Part shown: positions 49,458 through 61,742 of the stretch, piece after piece
Layout: each line of letters starts with the position of its first letter
How positions within the stretch are numbered: position 1 is the first letter of the stretch
Translations under genes and position numbers: made by a program
The notes under the pieces: model-generated
Seen by the model: only the letters and a program-made list of their open reading frames with translations
Told to the model about the DNA's origin: nothing
Databases searched by the model: none
DNA from: Rhizodiscina lignyota
Lineage: Eukaryota
Direction: 5' to 3'
Length of the DNA: 64,000 nt
Assembly (NCBI GenBank): GCA_010015805.1
Contig: ML978131.1
Coordinates: forward strand, 186,001 to 250,000

Positions 49458-52400
49458 CTAGAACAAGCCGTCGATCTCGCCCGTTTCAGGATCGACGTCG
49501 ACATTGAAGTAGCCAGGGGCAGTTGGCAAACCAGGAATTGTCTGGATGTCGGCAGCAAGTGCGTACCTGTTGACAAGTTATTAGTTCCTTCGCTAGGCCT
49601 CACTGGTCTCTCTGAGAGACTGAAACTTACAGATACCCAGCACCAGCGGCCATCCTCACATCCCTAATTGGTACGGTGAAGCCCGTTGGCGCGCCCTTCA
49701 AGCTGGGATCATGACTCAGACTGTACTGTGTCTTCGCAATGCAAATCGGTAAGCTACCAAAGCCCTGCTTCTCATACATCTCGACCTTCTTTCTCGCCAA
49801 GTCGCTCAACTCCACTGCTGCCGCGCCATACATATCTTTGCAGATCTTCTCGAGCCGACTCTGCACGCTCCCTTCGAGATCGTATAGGAGCTTGAAGTCT
49901 GGCTTAGGAAGCGACGACGCAGCGATGACTCCTTTGGCCAGATCTATGGCTCCTGCACCGCCCTCGCTAAAGTGAGTGCATGGAATGGCGTCTTTCGCAC
50001 CTGCAGCGAGCGCTTCTTCGCGGACGACAGCGATCTCAGCGTCGGTATCTGTGGCAAAGCGGTTGATGGCTACGACGACGGGGACACCAAAGCTCTTAGC
50101 ATTGCTGATATGCTTCTTCAAGTTCACACAGCCTTTTCTGAGGAGGTCGATGTTCTCTTCTTTGTATACGGCTGGCAATGGCGTTCCGGCTTTTAACTCT
50201 GGACCACCACCGTGAACCTTCAGTGCACGGACAGTGGCGACAACTACGACAGTGTCCGGGACCAGTCCAGATGAGCGGCACTTGATGTTGAAGAAGCGCT
50301 CTCCTCCCATGGTGAAGTCGAAACCCGCTTCTGTGACTACGAAGCCAACCTTGTCGTCATGTTCCTCGTCCGGCTCTGTACCAGCCAGTTTCAGTGCAAG
50401 TTTGTCAGCCAATACACTGGAAGCGCCAATACTGATATTGGCAAATGGGCCTGCATGTACGAAAACAGGAGTTCCTTCGAGAGTCTGCATAAGATTGGGT
50501 TTGATCGCATCACGCATCAGTGCCGTGAGGGCTCCACCAACGCCGAGGTCATCGCAGGTTACAGGATCGCCCTGTCGAGAAGAGGCGACAACCATCCGGC
50601 CCAGACGTTCGCGCATATCAGCAAGGGAATTTGATAGAGCGAGAACAGCCATGCATTCAGATGCAACGGAAATATCAAAGCCAGTATAACGAGAGTTGGG
50701 TCGGTCGGGATTCTTTGACGCCTCAGTCGGAGCTTCGCCAATGGTGATGCCGCGAAGGTGTCTATCGTTGACATCTAGAACACGACGCCATGTGATTGTC
50801 TCAGGGTCAATATCTAAGCGAGCAAAGCGGTGAATTTCATCTCCGGTCAAGTCCTTAGGATTGGTCTTGTCAATACCAAGCTTCTTGAGGCGCCTGAAAT
50901 GAATAGGTGCGAACTTTGTGCCTTCGTATGTCAAACGGCGGAAGAGTGGACCGTCCTTCTGTGCGTTCTCGTGAAACATGCGCGTGTCAATGGCAGCAGC
51001 AAGAAGGTTGTTTGCTGCCGTGATAGCATGAATGTCACCCGTCAAGTGAAGGTTGAACTCGTCCATGGGAATGACTTGGCTGTAACCTCCCCCAGCGGCA
51101 CCTCCCTTGATACCAAAAGTCGGGCCTTGAGAAGGCTGTCGTACGTTTGCAAAGCAGATGCGATTCAAATGGGCAGCCAGGGCCTGACTGAGGCCCATTG
51201 TGGTTGTAGATTTTCCCTCACCAAGTGGTGTAGGAGTGATCCCGGTGACCACAACGTAGCGTCCATTTCTACGGTGATCAAGGCGGTTGAGCAGAGCGAG
51301 ATCAACCTTGGCTTTCGTCGCACCGTATGGCTCAAGCTCGTGAGCAAGAATGCCAACCTCCTTCGCGACCCGAGTGATCCGCTTTGGATGTTGAGCTCTT
51401 GATATGGCAATATCGGAAGGTGGTGGAGAGCTAATTTTGAGAGGCAGTGGAGAAATCTTCCTGGCTTTTTGTCGCTCGAAGAACGCTGTGCAAGAGTCTA
51501 CAGTGTTCTGTAACAGCACCGCGACCGTCATTGGACCAACACCGCCTGGTACTGGAGTTATATGAGACGCGACCTCAACGGCGGACTCAAAATCCACGTC
51601 TCCAACCAGACGTTGGCCGGACTTCTTCGATTGATCTGGGATATAGTTCGTCCCAACATCTATGACCACTGATCCTGGTTTAAGCCACTCGCCCTTAACA
51701 AATTTTGCTTTCCCAATCGCAGCAACAACAATGTCCGCCTCTTTCACGATACTCTCGAGATTTTGCGTCTTCGAGTGGCATACGGTGACTGTGGCATCTG
51801 CATTTTTCAGCAGATAGCTCACTGGACTTCCAACGATGTCACTGCGGCCAATAACGACGGCTGTCTTTCCGGAAATCTTTATGCCAGTGTCCTGGAGCAA
51901 GGTCATGACACCTTTCGGCGTGCAGGGCGTAAATAGAGGGTGTCCTCCACGCTTTGCCAGCTCGCCGACATTCTCGACGCCAAACCCATCAACATCTTTC
52001 TCCTCCAATACCGCAGATGTGATTTCATGCTCGGATATGTGCTCGGGAAGAGGGAGTTGGACAATGATGCCATGGACTGTAGGGTCGTTGTTAAGCTGGA
52101 TGACGGCCTCGAGGAGTTCGGCTTCGGTGACAGATTCGTCGTACTGCGCAAGTTGGCAGTCTATGTGGGCCTGCAAATTATTTTAGCAGCAGCAAACGAC
52201 TTCATGGCTGTCCAACCCTCACTTCTTCAGCGGCTTTGAGCTTCATCCGCACATAGGTGCCTTTGGCGGTCAGCAAAATCAGCGAAATATCGGGACATCC
52301 TGTATGACATACTCGAGTCTGGTCTGCTTCCAACTATAATTACAATCAGCGTATGTCAATTTGCCATTTGCAGAGCAACCGGACCTTGAACAATCCTTAA

Positions 52401-52688
52401 TGAAGGCTTGAAGCGGGGATTGATTTGCTGCTTCTCCTTGATCTCCTCCCTCAGGCGCTCCCGAATTGACTTGGCGATGGCAGTGCCATCAATTTTCTGA
52501 GCAGTCATAACGATGCGACTGCTAGAAAACCATCTATGACTACAAGGAAAAGTTCGCGAAGTCGCGAGAGAAGGCGTGAAGGAAGCACGAGAGCGTGGGG
52601 CCGAGTTTGAGGGACGTGCAGCGAGAACGAGCGGCCGAGGCGATATGATCCGCATTGCAGGCGATCGTCTTCCACAGGAACACAGCAT
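49458..52688 (-). CDS. ADE3: Trifunctional C1-tetrahydrofolate synthase (Ade3/Mis1 ortholog), 5 exons including a 21-nt exon (52313-52333)
   Basis: [58 protein letters not shown], last exon [13 protein letters not shown]...GEIDGLF*. Confidence 0.96.
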
Positions 52689-52785
52689 AACTAATGGCAA
52701 TTATCAAACGAATGTCTTCGATATCAATCGTGTCGTATCCATCGATGGCATTGGTCTCACGAACGGGAAGCGGCATGTGCAATTG

Positions 52786-52792
52786 TGACTCA
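52786..52792. promoter_or_regulatory. TGACTCA, candidate CpcA/Gcn4 response element
   Basis: Perfect consensus ~100 bp upstream of the first C1-THF synthase ATG, in the divergent promoter shared with TIF34. Confidence 0.45.
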
Positions 52793-53066
52793 AAGGACAA
52801 GTGCCAGCGCCCGGGGCACAATCATTGGATCAAACGACAAGGCCATCAGGGGCCGCACAAACATTTTTTTGTGTCTCCTCTCGTCATCCTGCCCAGAAAC
52901 CTGGGAGACGTTGTGGGGCTTTGTCTTCCTCTGATCGACGCTGGATCCCACCCCGTTCCGCCCCACCCCTCGCACGGCGGAGAATACGCCACACTGAGTC
53001 CCACTTTGATTTTCAGTTGTATCGGCGGCAACCTCATATCTTTCTTCTTCCCACACACAGAGCAAA

Positions 53067-54268
53067 ATGAGACCAATATTATTGTCAGGCCATGTAAGCG
53101 ACCGTACCAATATAATGACTTTGTTGAAAAGGCGACTCTAACGAAGCACAGGAACGGGCCTTGACGCAAGTCAAGTATGGCTTTATCCTTTGTTGGTTCT
53201 GATGCATCCACTGATTCTGTCCAAGGTACAACAAAGACGGCGATATTATCTTCTCTGTTTCCAAGGATCACATCGTGTGCGCATGGTACAGCGCAAATGG
53301 TGAGCGACTCGGTACTTATCATGGCCACCAAGGCGCCCTCTGGACCGTCGATGTCGATCCTACCAGCACCCTCCTCGCAACCGGTGGCGCAGATAACACC
53401 ATGCGGTTATGGGAGGTCGAAACGGGAAAGCTTCTCAAGACATGGGATTTCGGCAGTTCGATAAAGAGGGTCGAGTTCTCGCCTGATGGAAGACAATTAC
53501 TGGGTGTTACTGAGAAGAGAGTGGGGCATGTGAGCAGCATCGTCGTATACGACATTGATGCAGAGAAGGGCACGGAGCAGAGCGATGAGCATGCGTTGAG
53601 AATAGTCATCGACTACAGCAAGGCTACCGTTGCGGGTTTCAGTTATCATGCGAAATACATCATTGTTGGACACGAGGACGGGAAGATTTCGCAATGGGAT
53701 GGCAAGGTTAGTCATTGCTATAAAATCCCAAACCCTTCTTTCGTTGCAGTTTCACTAACTAATGAGCAAAAACAAGACCGGAGAGTGGCTCAACGAAATT
53801 GAGCCCCACGAGGCCGACATCACAGACATCCAGTGGGCCCCCGATCGAACCTACTTCATCAGTGCCTCGAAAGACAAGACCGCCAAGTTAATCGGCACCA
53901 CCGATCTCGAAATCATGAAATCCTACGCCACCGACACCCCTCTGAACTCCGCAGCCATTACCCCCATCAAAGACTATGTTATCCTGGGTGGCGGCCAAGC
54001 CGCCATGGACGTTACCACCACTTCCGCACGACAAGGCAAATTCGAGGCGCGCTTCTGGCATAAGATATTTGAGGAGGAGATTGGACGTGTGAGGGGACAC
54101 TTCGGTCCGCTCAATTATGTCGCTGTGGATCCGACAGGCAAAGGTTATTGTTCTGGAGGTGAGGATGGATACGTGAGAGTACATCATTTCGACAAGACTT
54201 ATTTCGACTTTGCGTATGAGGTTGAGAGGGAATTGGGCACGAACGGGACGACACAGGCAAGGATATGA
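53067..54268 (+). CDS. TIF34: Translation initiation factor eIF3 subunit i (WD40), 4 exons
   Basis: [66 protein letters not shown]. Confidence 0.96.
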
Positions 54269-54809
54269 GGATCGGAAAAGTAATGGTCTATGCGGCTTGA
54301 GATGCACTGTCTTGCACCAAGCAAAAGCCGTGCAAGTGCTCCGTCATTGGAGAATCTCGTGGTTTCTGATGCATTAAACGGCGTTCATGGACTGACGAGG
54401 ACAAACTAGCTCTTAGACGTATCAGGATGGGGCCAGTGGATCATGTAGTCCAGAAAGCAGGAGCAAAGTTCAACTGCAAAAGGGACCGATTCACTCTTGG
54501 CAAATAGTGTCTAGAGTCGTATCGAAAAATTCTCAAATTCTTCCCTTCACTCACCTTTCCCCCAAAACTTTTCACGGTCCTGTGTTGAGCAGGGTCCGAA
54601 CGGTTTTGTCTCCCTCAACCTTTAGCTCCTTGCTCCTTCACCTTCGCCTTTGTTTTTGTTTCCGTCGAAACACATTATGCCCAAGAAGCTCACATTCACA
54701 GTTGGCTCCATTCGCTTTTTGACGCAATAGTTGCTACGTCTGCCTCTGCGTCGAAGCTCAAAACCAACATCCAACCTCTATTTCAATAAACAACACAACA
54801 TCCTCCAAC

Positions 54810-55562
54810 ATGGACTCAACAGCTCCTTCCCCAATTGCTACCACACTGGACACGATGTCGGCCACACATACAACTGCACACCAAACCGTAGAACTGGGCG
54901 ACCGCCCCTGGGTATTCCGGCGCCAGAACGTCGGAATATAGCGATTTACGCTGGCTCGGAGGAGCTCTCACCAGAGCAGCGCGATATGCTTCTCCGCCCT
55001 CCCCCACTAAGAGCGCATGATGTTGCCGTTGCCGAGGACGATCGTGAACACACCCATGGACATCGAGACAGAGCTGAGGAGAGGCGACATGTCAGCCGAA
55101 GACCTGATTGCAGAACTGTACCGTCTAACCCATCGCCTGCCACCTGTCTACCATTTGCTTCCAAATGCTTCCACCAGGTCTTTAGTGGAACTTCAGCGAC
55201 GCATGTCTCACGTACGCAACTACGTGAGCGTCTTTTCCACAGCTACTGACGCCACCACCGAACAGCACCCAGAACTGGATGCTTCCCTCAGGCTCGAAAT
55301 ACGCCGCATTTGGCTCTCAGTCTAGAACCTGTTCGATGAGATGCTCTGCGACCAACGGATCCAACCTCCGGCTTTCCCGTCGTATCTAGAACTTCGCTGT
55401 CGTAGGGAGCTACATGAGATTCCGCCACGAATACTGCAGCGCATTGCACAGCAGGAGATGGACAGATACCCTCTACTTCTGTACTTACCTATGGGTTCTG
55501 AACTACTGACCGTTCGTGCCGATCAGCACCCTGCCTCCGCTCCTCTGCCGGCTCTGAGGTAG
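54810..55562 (+). pseudogene. Degenerate ORF with three in-frame stops
   Basis: ATG 54810 and ORFs 55017-55325 and 55341-55562 are in one frame, broken by TAG 54939, TAA 55008, TAG 55323. Confidence 0.45.
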
Positions 55563-57026
55563 AGCATAAGAAGTATGCGCAGGGGCCATTCCTCTTTTGC
55601 GGGTCCTTCTTCCACGCTGGACGCGCTTTGCGATAGATGTCATACTCCTCTTTTTGCACCTTCTTCCATGCTAGCAACACGGCTGTTGCAAATATCATGC
55701 TTCTTCTGCGGATCCCTTTTCGGCGCTGGTAGTGCTGTTTTTGAATAGGCCATCCTCCTGCAACGGGTCTTTCTTCCGCCCCAATGGCATTATTGTTGTA
55801 GAGCTTATCAAACTTTTCTAATTGCTTCTTTTCCCAGGCTGCACTGTTCCGGTGAAGGTCATTCTGCTTCTGTGAATACCTCTTCCGCGCTGGCGGCTCC
55901 CTTGATAGAGGCGTTATTGAATTGTCATAGAAACTTGCTCCTCAGTGATGATCCCTTCTCATAGACGTGATGATCTACTTAGAGATAACTACTCGAAGCT
56001 AGCCGTACCTTTGATCGAGAGTCAGTACTCACTTTCCGTGACCTTCTACCTCGCAAGCGGAGTTATTGATGGAGAGTCGACAGGTTTTTTTTAGAGTGTT
56101 GTTCCACGACGGGAGTCTGCTTGACCGAGAGCTAGATATCTTCTTGTAGAAGCCTTTCCCCGACGAATGATACTCTTCGTAGAGCATTGAATAGTTTCTC
56201 ATAGATCGTTCTTCCATCTTTATATTATCTCTCGGTGAACCAGTGACCACTGACCAGCGAGTCTCAAATAGCAGAGCAGCTTGTCCCTTGCTAAAACGGC
56301 CGCTAACAAATGGCAGTCTTACCAGAATCCGACTCAGATCTTCGAGGATGGAGCTACAGAGGAATAGACTAGCACTCATATATTATATATGTTCCACTTT
56401 CCAGGGTGACAAATATTTGACCTCCAGGCAAGCCGTAACGCAGAAGGCCAACCAGCTCTTATACTTTAAGACAGGTAGGCACATATCTGAAAGCTCAGTT
56501 ATACATTATTCAGAGTATTACCAAAGCATAGCGGCTCATTGAAAATCTGTGTACTTATTAATGACAGAGGTGATAGACAATTTTTGTTTTGGGCCTTTAA
56601 AGCTGAGGGTAACTGTTTTGTCGCCCTCCAGCCACCTTGATGCGCCCTTTGATATAGCTTTACAGACTCCGTCTGATGCGTTTTTCCCATTTATGAGGCG
56701 CATTTGATCGAGAGCTAATTGTCCTACCGTAGCCGCTACCTCCATGATGAGGCTGCTTCTAACAGAGCATCCCTTATCACCTAGGAGGGAGCTTCTTCCA
56801 TGCTAAGGAAACCATTAACATAGACCTGACCATCCCAATGCGGAAGCTTCCTCAGGGAGTGGACAGGACACCGACGCAAGTATTCAGAGATTTGAGATAT
56901 GCAGTATGGATGCAGCCCTGAGTATTGAGTGGGACATGAGCTTTACTGGGCGTGGAATCTCCTTCAAACACTTTGTATTGCTCTCGAAACTTCATGTCTT
57001 CGTTGTCATGAATGGTGTTGACGTCT

Positions 57027-57650
57027 CTAATCGTCATTGTGAATGGTCACACCGCCCTCGACGGTGTCTTCAGCCTCCTCTCCTCCCACATCCTCCATCT
57101 CCTCGTCCTTATCCTCCTCGGCCTCCTCAGCCTTGTTGGAGTTGGGCTTCTCCATCTCCTTAACCTTCTTCTTCTTCATCCTCCTAAACGCGTTCTTGCT
57201 CAACTTGTGAGCAGGAACCCCAGTCTTCGCCTTCAACTCCGCCCTGATGACCGCGTATTCTTCGGGAGTAAGCGGGCCCCTCTTAGCCTCCTGCGCCTTT
57301 AACTCCGCCATCTTGGCCACATGCTCCGCGTCACGCTTCTCCTTCTCCACTTGCTCGTCCATCATGCGCAGGCGCTCAGTCTCTCGGCGACGACTGGCCT
57401 TGTAGACGTGGAACTCGCCACTACCGGCACCGGCGCTACTGCCTTGCACATTGGCGACAATCTCAGGCGGAGGTGCGAGGCCCCTGGACCTCTTGGCGTG
57501 CGGGAGCTCGACCTCGCGTTCTGGGTGCTTCATGAGTGTTGCGATTTGAGCCGACTGCTGCGTAATGACGGCGGCGTTACCGCGAGGGCGGTCCTTCTTC
57601 TTGGACTGGCCATCGGAGGTTGGGATGGACTCGGGGATTGGCTCCGACAT
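57027..57650 (-). CDS. PRKRIP1: PRKR-interacting protein 1 (DUF1168) homolog
   Basis: PPPEIVANVQGSSAGAGSGEFHVYKASRRRE..RLRMMDE. Confidence 0.9.
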   Translation of the reverse strand: MSEPIPESIPTSDGQSKKKDRPRGNAAVITQQSAQIATLMKHPEREVELPHAKRSRGLAPPPEIVANVQGSSAGAGSGEFHVYKASRRRETERLRMMDEQVEKEKRDAEHVAKMAELKAQEAKRGPLTPEEYAVIRAELKAKTGVPAHKLSKNAFRRMKKKKVKEMEKPNSNKAEEAEEDKDEEMEDVGGEEAEDTVEGGVTIHNDD

Positions 57651-58686
57651 ATTGGAGGTCCTGTTTTATCAAATCAGTTGAGCTGGAGACGGGCGTTGGG
57701 AGGCCCTGAAGTTCGTCAATGGGAGCGGCTTACGTGTTGCGGTTCTTGTTTTTGAGCGAGAGATCAACGTCCTGGGCGATCCACAACTTATCGATGCTTC
57801 TTTTGAGGAGCCTGGTCTAAAATCAAATAGTTGAGCTGGAGATGCAGGTTGAGGAGCACCACAGTTCGAAGAGGGATTTGGCTTCGTCTTCCTCAATGAG
57901 CCTGAGCAGATAGTCATGCACAGCCACCTGGTTGTAGAAGTCTAAAGGCATTGGGAATGCTGGGCCGCAGAAAACTTGAGAAAGGTGTTATTCTGCGGGT
58001 GTTGAAGTTTAGAAAGCTTAGAGAGAGAGCACCACAATTAAAGCGGGCTTGCCAAGCCACAACACCCCGCGCCCGCATGTCACAGCGCCTTAGCATGCGC
58101 CACAGCACGTGCATGCGCCACACAACCCAGTTTACCTAAGCAAGAAGGATTCAAGGAATTCTGTGCCTGTGGCTCCTAAAGACACACTGGTCTAACGCTC
58201 CAGCTTCACATCCATCAAATTGGAATGGGATCCGTCTTTCCGTGATGTCACCATACGGCGTGCCATCACATGCTTGCATTCTCATTGCTTCAATGCTTCC
58301 AAGCAAAGCTTCGCCTGCGCCACCTCTTCCTGACAGAATGCGAAAAGCAGCCTTGCTGGCATTTGGGGCCCCAATCGCCTTACCCCGGATTTAGACGAAA
58401 AGGCTTGCCACTTCCTTCGTCTATGTACTTGGCATCCAATAAGACGATACTTTGACCTAAGGAGTGCCTCGACCTTGTCATGCAGTTGTACATGACGATA
58501 GATCTGCCTCGACTGATGTAAACAAGGCACAAGGCTTTCTTTTGCGGCGGAGGATAATACAGCCGCAGAATGTGTACATTGACGGCATATAAGTAGGCAC
58601 GACAGATGTAATCATTGATTGTAGTAATTGCTACATGCAGTTTTCTGAATTATCCAGATTCTCCCTTCTTCTCCAATACCATCACC

Positions 58687-59345
58687 ATGCAGTTCTCCTC
58701 GGCCAAGTTCATTTTTCACCTCTCCCTTCTCGCGCTGTTGCAGATAGCCATCGTTCATGATGCTTCTGCTTTAAGCATTCCCACTAGCCTCCTCCGGTCG
58801 CTCAGTGAGAGGTTGGCAGGAGAGGATGCCATCCAAGCTTCTCCAGTCGCCAACAGTTTATCTGCGAATACGCAGCCGAATACGCAGCTACATGAATACA
58901 GTTGGCTCCATTTCGACCCTGCTACCGAATTGTCCGATGGCACACACGGGGCACGAGTAGAGCTGAGTAAAAGAGGTGGTAGTAGCGGAGGTTCTTCTGG
59001 TGGCTCCTCTGGCGGTTCATCTGGTGGTTCATCTGGCGGTTCGTCAGGTGGATCGTCTGGCGGCTCGTCGAGCGGAAGCAGTGGAGGAAGCAGTGGCGGA
59101 GAGGGCTCTAGCTCTGGCTCTAGCTCCGGGGAGAGCTCAAGCGGAAGCAGCTCAGGAGGGAAGACTGGTGGATCTAGTGGTGCCGCAGGTGCCAATAGCC
59201 ATGGGTCAAGCTCCGGCGCTGATCTGAGGGTGGTGAGTTTGGCTGTGGAAAGCTTCTGAGAGTCTATACTGACAGGTGGGCATAGACACAAGCCACGCTG
59301 ATCTTGGTGCCGCTTCTCGTGAGTTCGGCCTCGTTGTATACGTGA
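58687..59345 (+). CDS. Secreted Gly/Ser-rich, probably GPI-anchored protein, 2 exons
   Basis: Signal MQFSSAKFIFHLSLLALLQIAIV; KR at ~58969-58974; (GGSS)n; intron 59233-59285 gives hydrophobic tail TQATLILVPLLVSSASLYT*. Confidence 0.8.
58975..59185 (+). repeat. Coding 12-nt degenerate tandem repeat, (GGSS)n
   Basis: ggtggtagtagc/ggaggttcttct/ggtggctcctct/ggcggttcatct...; synonymous codons vary between units. Confidence 0.9.
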
Positions 59346-59966
59346 CCGTGACTAACTTGTATTCTGTAACAGGCAACGTTTTACGCGATCGTCTAATTAA
59401 AAAGATTTAAATTTGCAGGCATCTGCTGCATGTTGGTTTCGCATATCGCACTCTCTACAAGAGCTTGACGGGCAGCTCCATCTAAAGATAACGGCATTGC
59501 TAAGGCCACAATATCATCAAAATGGATTACCCGCAATTGGTCATACCAAGCTCGAATCACACCCCGGCATGCTCTTATCAGTATCTATTGAAAGACTTAT
59601 GGTGTTCGAAGCTGCTTGAAACACAAACGTAGCAGTCAGTCACCGTGAGCGCCTTTAAGACCAAGTTTCAGAATCATTGCGACTTAATGCTCCACGCACT
59701 ATATGTTCTTTCATTACTCGAGCAGCTTAATTAATGCATCCACGCATGCAATATTTCTACGTTTTCGTATGTACGTGGAGATTTCTAGAAATCAACTACT
59801 CAGCTCGTTGGTCTCCCCGAGTCAGATCCCTGTAGCCGTGTAACTGACGTTGTTGCGGGAGCTACCCCCTTTCATAGTCGTAGACCGCATTTAAATCTTC
59901 AGAAATCTCTTTTTGTTCCAACCCTTTCAGCTCAAAAGAAAAAGTTCTGCTCCTGAAGTTCTCAAT

Positions 59967-60833
59967 ATGAGTGCAAATCACTCAAGGTTGGACTGTGCCG
60001 ACGAGAAGCAGTCCTTCGATAAATCACACACACATCATTTCGGTGGCCGTTGTGACAGTTCTCACGCAGATAAACCCCGGGAATTGTATCCCTAAAGATT
60101 TCCATCTCCGATATGGCTGGATTATGGCTGCGATGATGAAGACCTCGAGACCGGAGGATACAACGGTTTCTACCATGTCCGATGCCCAGGTTCATTCACT
60201 CCATGTCCACATGGCTGTGGCCGCTACGCCTCCCATATCGACTCCATAGTCGTCGCAGCCGACGGTGCCTGTCCTAAAAATGGAATGGATGCCAACACCT
60301 CGGCCGTTGGCGTTTACTTTGGATGGGGCACGCCATCTCGAAATCGTACACTCCGAATCCGCAGCGACCCACGATATGCGCACACAAGCCAGCGGGCCGA
60401 GCTGCACGCTGCGCTTGCTGCGTTGCGGCTATCGAAAACGTACGCACGAGACGGCGGGCAGTGGAATTGCCATCACAAGCGTCCACACGCTCCTAGCTGT
60501 CGCGTACAACATCTGGTGATTAAATCAGACTCTGCGTATCTCGTCAACTCAATGACAAAGCACATCCACAAGTGGCGTGCCAACGGATGGATGACGGCGA
60601 AAAAGACTCCGGTCAGCAATCACGATCTCTTCGTCAAACGGATGGAGGAAGTGGAGGGCCTTGAGAAACTTTTGACGGCTGTGGACTTCTGGCTTGTGCC
60701 GCGGGAGTTGAATGCTGATGCGGATCGACTCGCGAAGGAGGGTCTCAGATCTTCCCGTTTTATAGATGAGGAAGAAAGGAGCTTTGAAGACTGTACCGCC
60801 GAGCTCAGTTCATTCCGGCTCCGAAATGGATGA
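59967..60833 (+). pseudogene. RNase H1-like gene with one in-frame TAA (60093-60095)
   Basis: One frame from ATG 59967; IVVAADGAC, SQRAELHA, IKSDSAYLV, W..NGW, NADADRLA all lie downstream of the stop. Confidence 0.7.
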
Positions 60834-61742
60834 GGGCATCTTCTCCTGAGACAAGCACTTCATGTGCAAGCCAGACTAGGCTCGAGGCCGTTCAGTCGCA
60901 GCTACGGTTGTACGCTGCCGGCTTCGTCCACCTCAGCAGTGTCCTGGTCAAGACGGAAAGTTGTAGGGCTGGACCTTCGCACACCGGAGATGTCTATGTC
61001 TCTGTATCAAAACAGGAGTACCAAGGTATCGAGTAGAAGCACCGGAGCTAGAAATGGTATTTTCAATGGAGCAAGAATCATGCTCGTTGTTCGAAGCTCG
61101 TACAGGATGCTGCCCTCGATGGCAAAGAATTGCGGTCCTGAGAACAAGTATGTGAGGCAAAAGATCATTCATTTGCTGCTCATGGGAGTCGTTACTTAGC
61201 TCTCATAGCTACTGCTATCTCGGCGCAGTAATGAGAAGAAATATTAGCACCTTTTCTCCGCCCTCTCCAGAGTGCATTTCGATTCTCCCAGATATGTCAG
61301 CGAGAACGGTAATTGGAGACATAATTTGATATGCTTTGTTCTTAATGGGTTATGGTGTTACTTGCCATTTAAACTCAAGCAACCCATTATCCGTTACATG
61401 CATAATGGGAGTACATATGCAGCTCCTCAATACAAGGAAATAGATCAAAGGAATCGTTGTAAATTACCTCATATTGAGATCTAATGGTATTCTCTAGAAT
61501 CTGACATCGACCAAAAAGGTCAATAGTCTCTCCCAGGTGAACTTCAGCAAGCGGTGGAGCTCTCCAGTGCTCCACCACCGCTAATGCCGAGCCAGTACAC
61601 GCTCCCAGACAAATCCTCTCATCCCAAAAATGCATCACAGAGAACGCTCTACTAAGAGCTCATTCTTCCCGCCTCGTTCCTCACGCACATTAACCCAGTC
61701 CCAAACGCCGAGCAAGATGACCATCGCCAACATTAATCCCAA

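Noticed and set aside
58076..58123. GCATGCGCCACA-like short repeats
   Set aside because: Only two or three short imperfect units; function cannot be supported
58755..59291. Pro/Glu-rich minus-strand ORF (EPPD repeats)
   Set aside because: Antisense reading of the (GGSS)n coding repeat
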